Source of the DNA: Octopus sinensis
Taxonomy: Eukaryota
Assembly: GCF_006345805.1 (NCBI RefSeq)
Contig: NC_043000.1
Location: 124,744,001-124,808,000 of the forward strand
Length of the DNA stretch: 64,000 nucleotides
Direction of reading: 5' to 3'
Shown here: in pieces, positions 52,553 through 64,000 of the stretch
How positions within the stretch are numbered: the first letter of the stretch is position 1
Layout: each line of letters begins with the position of its first letter
Notes under the pieces: generated by a model
What the model was told of the DNA's origin: nothing
Databases searched by the model: none
The model's input: the letters and a program-made list of their open reading frames with translations, nothing else
Program-made: the position numbers and the translations under genes

Positions 52553-53554
52553 AATATTAATAAACACTTAAATGTGAAAAGAATTCTGAAATCTAAAGAA
52601 TTTAATGGATTGAAGCTAAAACCAGTTTTTAGATGGTAGTTGTCCAAGTTTTCATTTTGTAATCAGAGACTATCAAGATCTCTTGTATTCCTAATATTTT
52701 ACTGTCCAAATATAGAAAAAAAAGTACTAGGAAAATAAATAAATAAATATCAATGTGATGGATAAACCGGAACTGTCTTGGAGAAATGCACGGAGCCCAT
52801 AGTAATTGAGATGATTTTCTTTTGTAAGGATCCCATTTATTTAGATGTAGTGCTAAATGGTACCCCAAAGGCATAATGTTAATTATTCAATGGTTAAGAG
52901 GATTCATTATTCTCTCTTACCATTATAATGGAATGAATAACTGTAAATTTGTCTAACATTAATTAAAAACAAAATAATTATCTTGCATTTTACTTCATTT
53001 GAAATGGAATTAATTTATATTTAGAAAAATTTGTTTGAGGGGAGTGATGAGAAAATAATAATATTTAAAAAAAATATTTTTTTAATCTTTCATCTGTTTC
53101 AGTCATTGAACTGTGGCCATGCTGGTGTACCACCTTGAAGGCTTTTAGTTGAAGAAATCAACTCCAGTTCTTATGTTTTTTTTCTTATAAATCTGGTACA
53201 TATTCCATCTATCTCTTTTGCTAAGTTGTGAGGGACATAAACAAACCAACACTGGTTGTCAAGCAGTTAGGGGTTTGTGTGACATACACTGAAATAAAGA
53301 CCCCCCCATAGACCTTGATGGATATTTGGTGTGTGTCTATAAATATATATCAAAATAAGCAATAGGATATCAAGAAGTGATGCAATACAACTGTTTCAAG
53401 TAGCTCCATTTAATTGAACGATGCAATCATTACATCGATTTAAATGATTTTATTCAACTTACTTTGAGCTGTACGGATAATACCACACTGACTTGGTGCT
53501 TCAACTTAAGCACCTAATTCAATTGAATATCAATATATATATATACATATATAT

Positions 53555-53840
53555 ATTCTTTTATTTGTTTCAGTCATTTGACTGTGGTCATCCTGGAGCA
53601 CCACCTTTAGTTGAGAAAATTGACCCCAGGACTTATTCTTTGTAAGCCTAGTACTTATTCTATCGGTCTCTCATGCCGAACCACTAAGTGATGGGGATGT
53701 AAACACACCAGAATCAGTTGTTAAGTGATGTTGGGGGGACAAACACAAACATATATATATATATATATATATACATACATATATATATATACACGACCGG
53801 CTTCTTTCAGTTTCCGTCTACCAAATCCACTCACAAGGCC
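53555..53840 (-). mobile_element. SINE family A (head truncated)
   Basis: Tail TTTCAGTCATTTGACTGTGG and body motifs. Confidence 0.75.
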
Positions 53841-54299
53841 AGAGGTGAGGCTATACATATATATACATATACATACATACATACATTTCAAAGGTAAATT
53901 TCCAAAAATGGCTAAGAGAGATATATAATCCAAGTGGCTATTGTGCTTGCTCTAATCCATTAACAATGCTGGCTAACCTCTGTGGATATAGATAAATTCC
54001 ATTTAGTTGAATTTACTATACTCAGTTAATCCTCACTTAGGTAAATCCAAATGTCATTATAAAGACTGCATAGTGTTGGTAGAGAGGAAATAATTAATTA
54101 ATAAACACCTTTAAAGAAAGATGTGATTATCTGTAAATTAAACTTGGATGTGTTAAAGCACTGTTCTCCTGGTGAGATAATCATGTACCTCCTCTACAAC
54201 AAGACACCTGTTTCTGTTTCTCTGTCTCTCCGTCTCACTCGAACCTTTCACCATCTGGCAAAAAGATCACCTTGTCTAATGCCCCTCTCCTCTCTAAGG

Positions 54300-54930
54300 A
54301 CCTTTGTCTTGCAAGTTACTTGGTGACCATGCCAGCGTTGGTATCATGCAAAAAAAAGCATCCAGTCCCCACTGTAAAGTGGTTGGCATTTAGAAGGGCA
54401 TCCAGCTGTAAAAACTATGCCAAAAATGCCCTCACCTGTTCTTGTGCCATGTAAAAAGCATACTGTCCACTCTGCTGGACAAAACAGTGTCAAAACAAAC
54501 ACAGGAGTCTGGTGCAGGCTCCTGCCTGGCCAGCTCTGGTCAAACCATCCAACCCATGCTAGCATGGAAGCCAGATGTTAAATGATGATGATGGTAAAGA
54601 TGGTGGCACATAAAAAGCACCTGTTGAGCGTTCGGCCTCATGGAAGCAATGTGGCTGATGCCAGTGTTGTGTAGCCGGCACCTGTCCTGGTGGCATTTAA
54701 AAAGCATCTTTTGAGTGTTGGGCCTCACAGAGGCAAAGTCAAATGACTGAGACCTTTGGTAATATGCTGAGAAGATCCATCAAGCTAAGTGAATTCATAG
54801 TCGTGACAGATACTGGTGTCACACAACTGGCACCCATACCAGTGGCACATAAAAGCACCCATTACACTCTCAGAGTGGTTGGTGTTAGGAAGGGCATCCA
54901 GCTGTAGAAATCATGTCAAATCAGACTAGA
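54300..54930 (+). mobile_element. Nested or diverged RTE-LINE 3' ends
   Basis: Two sets of GTGGTTGG..GAAGGGCATCCAGCTGTA motifs, repeat units and a (GAT)n tail at 54583. Confidence 0.65.
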
Positions 54931-54934
54931 ATGA

Positions 54935-55424
54935 AAGTTTTGAAAGGAAAAAAAGCATGAATTTCCTAAATTTTGGGCTAAAATTGATGGCATTTATCCT
55001 CAAATGACGAAAAGAAAATATACGTTTGAAACAGAATAAGAAAGATACAGACAGCTGTTTTACAAAATTATAGATTTAATTTGTGAACAAATTGAGATAC
55101 AATTTCAAAATTTACATGACTTACATTTTTTAGCACTTCTCGATCCAATGAGACAAAATAACGACGTCCAGGAAACATTTCTAACTTGCCTTAAACATTC
55201 TTATGGAGACCATTTCGACAGCCAAAAGTTAAGAAATGAATTTACTGCCTTGTACAAAGATGCTGAACTAAAGGGAAAATTCGTTCAGGATTTACTTTAC
55301 ATTCTGCATAATAGTGGATTAGATGAAACTTTGCCCCAATGAACGAATCTTTGTGAATTAATATTAGCACTACCAGCAACAAGTGCTACAGTGCTCCTTT
55401 TCATATGTAAGTAGAATTCGTAAT
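54935..55424 (+). pseudogene. hAT transposase C-terminal remnant (left part)
   Basis: ..KLRNEFTALY..LDETLPQ*TNLCELILALPATSA. Continues after the pogo insertion as RNLQGQERSSSLVLIGIEK (hAT dimerisation-domain pattern). Confidence 0.7.
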
Positions 55425-55426
55425 TA

Positions 55427-58335
55427 GAGGGAGACCGGGGCAAGTTGACTACAGGGGCAAGTTGACACATTTTCTCTAGAGAAAATGCGAAACTACTTTC
55501 GGACAATTTAATGACATCATAGTAGTGCTGTTAGTATAAGCTTGCCCATCATTTGATTTTGTTGCCGTTATGAGAGTTTGTCTGCTATACACGGACAACA
55601 TTGGAATTTTCCACTTGGTAAGTTATTTTCGACATTTTTGATAATTAGTTATTTTGGATATTGTTTAAGACTGCATTATGTGTAGTAAACCTTAAGGAGT
55701 TAGTAAAATATCTCTCACGACCCTATACTAATGGATTCTTGCGAAACCCTAGTAGTTTTCTCTCTGTTTACATTTACGAGGGAAATGGGGTCAGGGCAAA
55801 TTGACACATGTAAACAGGGGCACATTGACACAGTGTCAACTTGCCCCGGCCTATGATAAAGTTGTTGTAGGTTGCTTACATTGATTCACAGACTGTGTCT
55901 ATCCCATTTTAACTAAGAGTGTTTGCTATTTGATTCATGTCTGGTACATTGGATCAATTCATTGAGTAATTTATGTATTGCTTGCTATAGTTTTCGATCA
56001 GCTATCTTTATCAATACCAACCTATTCTATCATCATACTGTTACCTACTTAGTCAACAGCTTGTATACTGCCTCAGCTTTGTAACCTGTACCACTGATAT
56101 ATAAGCATGAAGTTATTATGCCTTGACCAAGCATGCTTGAAACTAAAAAGTAGGTAAACACTCAGACCTTCGTTTTGCTTTCACTATGCAATGAGCTAGA
56201 TTGCTTTTTTTTCTCCCTCTCTCTCTCTTTACAGACCTAGATCTACAATTGTCATGGTGCGACACTACAAATGCAAAAGCGAGAGGGCAACCCTTCCACA
56301 GGATGTTATCCAACAGGCTATTCAACAGGTCCGAGCTTGTGTCATCTCCTTGCGGGAAGCTTCGAGGACATTTGGCATCCCTTTAAAATCTCAGTTTCAC
56401 TACTGCATCAAGGACACTGAAGCAAACAACAATGATCACAGTCTTAGTGGATACAAAAGGCCATGGCAAGTTCTCACCAATGAGTTCGAGAATCAGATAG
56501 AGGCTTATGTTTTGGCTGCCACAGAAATTTACTATGGGCTTGCTCCAAAGGATGTGCAGAAATTGGCTTTTCAGATGGCAAAGGCACATGGATGTAATAT
56601 CCCTCCAACCTGGCATGAGACAGAAATGGCAGGTGAAGACTAGTTCTCAGGATATCTTCAACGACACAAAAATTTATCCATAAGAAGTCCACAGGCAACA
56701 AGCTTGGCACAAGCAACAAGTTTCAACAAGACAAATGTTGCTATGTTTTTCAACCAACTTGCAGAGGTGATGCTTCGGTATAAATTTGATTCATTCAATA
56801 TCTACAACATGGATGAAACTGGCATAACAACTGTGCAGCGCCCAATAGAATTATTGCCAGAAAAAGGAACAAAGCAAGTGGGGAAAATGACAAGTGCGGA
56901 GAGGGGAACTCTGGTTACAGTGGCATGCTGTGTAAATGCTGCTGGAAACAGCATACCACCGTTTTTTGTTTTTCCCTGGAAGAACTTTGGGCCACATTTC
57001 CTGAACAACGGACCATAAGGCAGTGATGGAGGTGCTAATCCATCTGGTTGGATGTTTGAGGAGTAGTTTGTGAAATTCCTTCAACACTTTGTGAGGAATG
57101 TGAAATGTTCAAAGCAATCACCGTGCTTTCTCTTGCTGGACAATCATGATTCCCACCTTAGTATCGAGGGGTAGACTTATGCATCAGACAATGGCATCAC
57201 CATGCTTTCTTTCCCACCTCACTCCACACACAGGTTACAGCTGTTGGACAAAGTGGTCGATGGACCACTGAAGAAGTACACAAACACTGCCATTGATTAC
57301 TGGAATATTAACCATCCTGGCCAGACCATGACCATTTATGACATTCCGTGTATTGTCAAAACTGCATGGCCATTGACTGCAAATCCGACGAACATTCTTA
57401 GTGGCTTTTCTTCTACAGGAATATGCCCTTTTAATCCCAACATTTTCATTGATAGCGACTTTGCACCAAGCTATGTCACTGACCGACCGGATCTGCACTT
57501 TCAGTACCTGGGCCTTCAGCACCTGCAACACCTGGACCTTCAAGCAACATAGCCACCAGGCCTTTTCTTTCACTATTTCAAATCCGTCCACTACCCAAAG
57601 CAGGCCCTAGGAAAGAATCAAGCAGAGGAAGAAAGAAAATTTGTTCTGAAATCCTCAATGACTCGCCGGTTAAAAGAGCAACCATAAAAGAAAAGACAAA
57701 AAGTAAAAGTAAAAAGAAGACAAACATTGATAAAGGAATGATAGGAAAGGGACTCAGTAAGGGCAGGTCAGCGAAGGGAAAAGGTCCAACTGTTAATTAA
57801 AAAGTTCAAATTCAAGAAAGTGATACCTCTGATGAGGAAGAGTGCTATTGCTTAGTGTGCTGCAAGCCTTTTTCCAACAGCAAAGGAAGGTTAGTGTGGC
57901 TTCACTGCTCTGATTGTAAAGGTTGGGCTCACGAGGCATGCACACTAGGTCTGACAATATTCACATGCCCAAATTGTGACTCAAATGATGATATGTAATG
58001 AAACTGTAATAAAGGCCCTTGATCAAACCAACAAGTTTATATCATGTGTTTCTGTCCACTGACATGTATGTTCCAAGAAATTGTATTCATATGTCAACAT
58101 ATCCCATTATATGTGTCAACTTGCCCCGGTATCAGGTCAAGTTGACACATTTAAGTGGTCTTAGAAAATGCACAAAATACAAATCCAGACACTAAGCAGA
58201 TGAGATCTCTAGCTTTGTAAGTCTTCTGCTATGGTTGATTTATGCGTATAATACAAGATGCAGTAGAATATATTAAATAGTATTGCTCTGTCAGTGAAAA
58301 TGTAAAATTTGTAGTCAACTAACCCCGGTCTCCCC
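55427..58335 (+). mobile_element. Full-length decayed pogo-superfamily (DD35D) DNA transposon
   Basis: TIRs GAGGGAGACCGGGGCAAGTTGACTACA and TGTAGTCAACTAACCCCGGTCTCCCC. TA TSD at 55425-55426 and 58336-58337. Subterminal GGGGCAAGTTGACACA repeats at both ends. Confidence 0.92.
56254..57998 (+). pseudogene. pogo transposase pseudogene: psq-type HTH + CENP-B-type HTH + DDE_1 + PHD finger
   Basis: SLREASRTFGIP, YNMDETG, LLLDNHDSH-35aa-QLLD, then CLVC..WLHCSDCKGWAHEAC..FTCPNC*. Several in-frame stops (56641, 57016, 57064). AATAAA at 58008. Confidence 0.9.
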
Positions 58336-58337
58336 TA

Positions 58338-58490
58338 CAAGAAATTTGCAGGGACAAGAAAGGTCAAGCAGTTTAGTTCTAATTGGCATAGAAAAAGCTG
58401 TTTTAAAAAGCATTAAGAAGGAACCTTCTACAGTGATGTTATGGAAATTTCAACAAGAAAGAGAGGATTAAATAAACATTTAAATAAAAC
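58338..58490 (+). pseudogene. hAT transposase C-terminal remnant (right part)
   Basis: RNLQGQERSSSLVLIGIEKAVLKSIKK resumes immediately after the TA TSD. Confidence 0.7.
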
Positions 58491-59324
58491 AGGTAAGGGT
58501 TAATGTTGATATGAGTGCCCGGAAACAAAATGGAAAAAAAAAAATAGTGCAACGAGTGTAAAATAAGGTGTAGGAAACGAATATGAAAACAAAAATTCTG
58601 GGAAAGCAACCGGGGTGGGGAGAGGCCTTTGGAAAATTCACAAGATCCGATGTTGTTTTTCCCTCATAACTTTTAGGAAAATTTTTTTTTTTAATAAAAT
58701 TTTATATAAATACCTTTCAAACGGTATAGATTACGATTAAAAAGAAATTTGTGGGGAAAATCTTTTCCTAGGGGCTGAGGAGAGGACTTCAGAAAATTCA
58801 GTTTTAGGTTTTAATTGTGATTTTTTAATTTTAAAAATAGCTGTATTATGAACATGTCAATTTGATTCAAATATCTATGTGACAAAATTTTGGTTATTGC
58901 TTCCGCAGCCAGAAAGATCACCTGGTACACACACACATTGTTGTATTTTGGGATGGTCATTTTATTTATCATTATTATTTATTTTTTGCAAATTAAATAC
59001 ACACTATATTTTTTTTCCTTCACTCATTTATTACTGTTATTTTATTAATTTAATGCCTGCCCATTGTCGTTATTCTACCAAATATATACATTTTATCTAT
59101 TATTTTGCACATTACTTAATCATCGTTATATGTTTTATCTTATATTTAATCTTTCTATAATATGTAATTTTCTAGATGGCATAATTTAATTTTTCATTAT
59201 TGAATTGATGAAAAGTTGTTTTTTTTTTCTAATTTATTCATATATATATATTATATTTTTTGAAATTTGATTTAGTATTTCTAAATTGAATTTTTCCCTG
59301 TAAGTTTGGAATAATATTCCCTCA

Positions 59325-59532
<208 letters not shown>

Positions 59533-59799
59533 AAAGATAAAATAAAGGTTTATCAGTTCACAATAAAATGCATTTAAGCTAAAAACGTTTGTCCCTATTT
59601 GGCCAGGGCTGAAAACACAGATCTCAGAAAGCTCAACCACGCACAACAATCCTTTGAACTAAACTTGAATGCGAAGAGTGTAATATTAAACTCTGAGCAA
59701 GAACTGAAGGAAATAAGTGGTTTTTGAGAGATGGAAATGTAATGCAAAAAGACAAGATGCAAATTACAATTGAAATGATTCAAATTTTTCATAATACAA

Positions 59800-60735
59800 T
59801 TAGCAATATTGTTTCATTCACGTAGTTTTACGTGTTTACCTTTTTGCTACCTTCAAAGTATTTGCCATTTGAAGCAATGTGTTAGTCTTGATATGTGTTC
59901 CACTGTTCAAGGCAGTCCTGGAACTCTTGTAGAGTGATGACTTTTAATGCCTCTGTGGTTATTTTTCTTCACCTCTTCCACATTTGCAAAACATTTTCCT
60001 TAGAGGACTTTTTTTCATTCAGGGGAAAAGAAAGTTGCAGGAGATGTAAACACACCATCATCGGTTGTCAAGCAATGTTGGGGGGACAAACACAAACACA
60101 TAAACGCACACACACATACATATATACATATATACGACGGGATTCTTTCAGTTTCCGTCTACCAAATCCACTCACAAGGCTTTGGTCGGCCCAAGGCTAT
60201 AGTAGAAGACACTTGCCCAAGATGTCATGCAGTGGGACTGAACCCGGAACTATGCGACTCGTAAGCAAGCTACTTACCACACAGCCACTCCTGGTCCTCC
60301 AAGATCAGTTCATGAATTTTCATGTTTTCATTTGTTCAGGAGGTTGACAGTTGTCCTAAATGAAGTTGGTCTTCAAGTTACAAGTGACCATTCCTAAAGT
60401 ATGAGAACCACTCATAAACTTGTGTTTTATTCATGGCATCATCCTTGTAAATTGTTTGAAGCATGAAAACTGTTTTGGCCTCTGTTTTCCCCAGCAGAAA
60501 ACAGAATTTCATGGAAGCACACTGTTCTTTCATTACAGCCATAGCAAAAACTGACAAATAGGGGAGAAGCACTGCAAAACAAAGATGTACCATGTGGCAG
60601 TATAATTTCACATGCCACCACTAGTCAACAGACTGATGCCTGAGGGTCACATCAAGTGGCTCCTAGTAGCAAAAACCTGAACTACTGCAGGTCTGTCTCA
60701 CAGAGGATGTTTCTGGTTACTTTTGGATACCCTCC
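59800..60735 (-). mobile_element. Mariner remnant interrupted by SINE A (60045-60293)
   Basis: EQCASMKFCFLLGKTEAKTVFMLQTIYKDDAMNKTQVYEWFSYF, GKCFANVEEVKK, IASNGKYFEG. TIR-like TTCTGGTTACTTTTGGATACCCTC. Confidence 0.78.
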
Positions 60736-61039
60736 CTGCCATACTTGCATCATAGGTAACTGAAATTCTATATAAAATTCTTAGTATTTAAAATATAAAA
60801 GTATACATAGGTAAGATTAAAACCCATTTAATATTTATCTTGTTCAGACCAATATTTAGTGCAGACCTGTATTTAGTGCTGAACTGCATTAAATGCATTA
60901 TAGTGTTCATTTTGTCCTGCCTTGTTCTGTATTCAAACAGTGCACAAATTTATCATTTTATGCAATGTCTAAATGGGCCAAACAATGAAATTTATGTTCA
61001 GTAGCTGTACCATCAAATATCTATGAGCAGACACAAAAC

Positions 61040-61373
61040 TTTCCTTCCTGGGACACAAAACTCTACTTGTGAAGACCTGTTGAGGCAAGTGAAAATCGAA
61101 ATTGATCAACATCAATGGAAATTGCAGCTGTGATACCAGTGCTGGTGATACATAAGAGAACCATCCGAATGTGGCCATTGCCAGCACCGTCCCGACTGGC
61201 CTCGTGCCGGTGGCATGTAAAAAGCACCATCCGATTGTGGCCGTTGCCAGCCTCGCCTGGCCCCTGTGCCGGTGGCATGTAAAAAGCACCATCCGATCGT
61301 GACCCCAGTTGAACCGTCCAACCCATGCTAGCATGGAAAGCGGATGCTAAACGAAGATGATGATGATGATGAT
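61040..61373 (+). mobile_element. RTE-LINE 3' UTR (second subfamily, internally deleted)
   Basis: GAAGACCTGTTGAGGCAAGTG.., two repeat units and a (GAT)n tail. Confidence 0.75.
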
Positions 61374-61571
61374 GTTATAATATAACATCAATGTTATATT
61401 ATATTGATGTTATAATATAACATCAATGTAATAATAGATATTATATTATACATGTAACATCTCATAGATGTTACATCTATAATATTAGATGTTACCATCT
61501 AATATTAGAGGGTAACATCTAATATTAGATGTACCATCCAATATTAGATGGTACATCTAATATTAGATGTT
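61372..61571. repeat. Array of short palindromes (ACATCTAATATTAGATGT and ATGTTATAATATAACAT)
   Basis: An 18-bp perfect palindrome and variants of it repeated four to five times, plus related fold-back units. Confidence 0.85.
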
Positions 61572-61617
61572 TTTTTTAATCAAATACTATTCGGAATTGT
61601 ATAAAAAAAAATTTGTT

Positions 61618-62438
61618 AAAAGAGAGATAACTGTGCTGGTATGGTCATGTGGCAAGAATGGATGAGGATAGCTGTGTGAAAAAGCGCCACACCCTAATGG
61701 TTGAGGGACCCTGTGGAAGAGGTAGACCCAGGAAGACCTGGGATGAGGTGGGGAAGCATGACCTTCGAACATTAGGCCTCACCGAGGCAATGACTAGTGA
61801 CCGAGACGTTTGGAAATATGCTGTGCTTGAGAAGACCTGGCAAGCCAAGTGAGACCATAACCCATGACCTATGCCAGGGGTGTAACCAGCCCACTTATGC
61901 ACACCTTTCCTTCATTGGACACTTAACTCTGCTTGCAAAGACCTGTTGAAGTAAGTGAAAATCGAAATTGAAATCAAATTCGATGACTGGTATCTGTGCT
62001 AGTGGAGAGCTAAGAGTACCATCTGAGCGAGATTGTTGCCAGAGCAGCTAACTGGCTACTGTGCCGGTAGCATGTAAAAAGCACCATTTGAGCGTGATTG
62101 TTACCAGCATTGCCTTACTGGCACTTGTGCTGGTGGCAAGTGAAAAAATATTCGAGTGAGGTTATTGTCAGTGCCGCTGGACTGGCTCCTGTGCAGGTGG
62201 TATGTAAAAAACACCATTTGAGCATGGGTGTGGCCAGTACTGCCTGACTGGCCCTTGTGCTGGTGGCACGTAAAATCACCCACTAAACTCTCGGAGTGGT
62301 TGGCATTAGGAAGGGCATCCAGCTGTAGAAACTCTGCCAGATCAGATTGGAGTCTGGTGCAGCCATCTGGTTCACCAGTCCTCAGTTAAATAGTCCAACC
62401 CATGCTAGCATGGAAAGCGGTCATTAAATGATGATGAT
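61618..62438 (+). mobile_element. RTE-clade LINE 3' end: ORF C-terminus + about 590-bp 3' UTR + (GAT)n
   Basis: LCWYGHVARMDEDSCVKK..GRGRPRKTWDEV..DRDVWK is the typical RTE C-terminus. It identifies the source of the window's commonest repeat. Confidence 0.88.
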
Positions 62439-63057
62439 TTTGTGTATTGTAAAGTATAAGCAGTTTATTGCAGATAAATTTTAACAACAAAATCTTACAT
62501 GGATCCTCTAGGATTACATGAACTCCCAGATGAGAAATGCTGCTCTGATGTGAAGAACATTTGTGCTTTGAAGAAAGTCAGCCATGCTCAGAGCTGAACA
62601 ATTTTGTTCTAATCCAAATCTTTGGAATACTGCTTTAGTAATAAAGAAGCATTAGCTTATATACATATTAACTGAAATACCTAATGATGTAATTAATATT
62701 AACAATGCTTGCAACATATCAATGCTTACAAGCTAATTTAATATGCAAAATAAATTGGATAATTAATTGCTATTTTTGTATGCAAAATAAATTGGGTAAT
62801 TAATTGCTATTAACTCTTTTATAATTAAACTATTATATAAGATGTCTTGGTATTATATATACATATTATGTATATGTTGTACGGATTGAAATTTATATAT
62901 ATGTAGGTAGATTGAGTTTTGGAGCAGGAATCTCTGGTTATTGAACTAATTGTATCTTTTGATGTGTTGATTATATCTTTAACCTGTTACTTGTTTTACT
63001 AAGTGGATTGTGGCCATGCTGGGGCACTGCCTTGAAAGGTTTTGTACTGGGGTACTC

Positions 63058-63287
63058 TTTATTCTTTTTTTACTCTTTTACTTGTTTCAGTCATTTGATT
63101 GTGGCCGTGCTGGAGCAGCACCTTTAGTCAAACAAATCAATCCCAGGACTTATTCTTTGTAAGCTTAGTACTTATTTTATCAGTCTCTTTTGCCGAACCG
63201 CTAAGTTACAGGGACGTAAACACACCAGCATTGGTTGTCAAGTGGGGGGACAAACACAGACACACAAACATATACACATACACATAC

Positions 63288-63376
<89 letters not shown>

Positions 63377-63550
63377 TATACATACATATATACAACGAGC
63401 TTCTTTCAGTTTCCATCATCCAAATCCACTCACAAGGCTTTGGTCGGCCTGAGGCTATAATAGAAGACACTTGCTCAAGGTGCCACACAGTGGGACTGAA
63501 CCCGGAACCATGTGTTTCGTAAGCAAGCTACTTACCACACAGTCACTCCT
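63058..63550 (-). mobile_element. SINE family A, full length
   Basis: Tail, microsatellite and tRNA-like head on the minus strand. Confidence 0.85.
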
Positions 63551-64000
63551 ACTAAACATTTTTAAAAGTCTGGTACTTGTTTTATTGTGAAGTGGTGATA
63601 GGGGGAAGATACAAACACAACACACACACATATTCACAGGCTTCTATGCAGTTTCTGCCCACCCAGAACTTACTAACAAAACATTGGTTAGCTCAGGGCT
63701 ATAGTAAAATACATTTGCCCGAGGAGCTGTGCAGTGGGACTGAACTTGAAGCCATATGGTTGCAAAGCAAGGTTCATAACCATTCAACCATGTCTGCACT
63801 TATATATAAACAGTATGTAACACAAGCATATTTAGTACATGTATAGATTAAAATATAGTCACAAATATGACTCGATTGGGTAATGGGAGCATGCGTCCGT
63901 GGTCATTCCAGAAATTGTATCCTTGGGTGTGTATATTATATATATTTCTTGTTATTAAATACTTAATAGAATGTGCCACACCCTAGTGGTTGAGGGAACC

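Noticed and set aside
59590-59730. Possible coding exon (YLARAENTDLRKLNHAQQSFEL..)
   Set aside because: Short, no convincing splice sites and no recognisable homology.
62061-62285. CRISPR-like repeat/spacer array (GTGCCGGTGGCACGTAAAAAGCACC)
   Set aside because: The apparent spacers are homologous to each other, the array lies in an RTE 3' UTR, the context is eukaryotic and there are no cas genes.

Overview
AT-rich, repeat-saturated eukaryotic DNA with no confidently identifiable host protein-coding exon. The SINE, LINE and microsatellite repertoire is typical of Octopus (inference); the window is probably intronic or intergenic. Almost all short ORFs in the track are microsatellite or repeat artefacts. 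Real content: (i) a 5'-truncated CR1-group LINE (APE+RT, 35954-38760) fused directly behind a complete SINE, the pair bracketed by one 16-bp target-site duplication; (ii) a complete but decayed DD35D pogo transposon (55427-58335) with TIRs, a TA TSD, a putative 5'-UTR intron and a C-terminal PHD finger, inserted in a hAT remnant; (iii) several mariner, maT and Tigger remnants and MITEs; (iv) about 20 copies of an RTE-LINE 3' end whose UTR is an array of double-hairpin units; (v) four tRNA-like SINE families, one sharing a covarying 3' hairpin with the LINE; (vi) Penelope-type termini with hammerhead-ribozyme motifs (best at 39325-39370) and long palindromes; (vii) tandem duplications and large microsatellites. 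All alignments were made by eye and boundaries of degenerate repeats are approximate.
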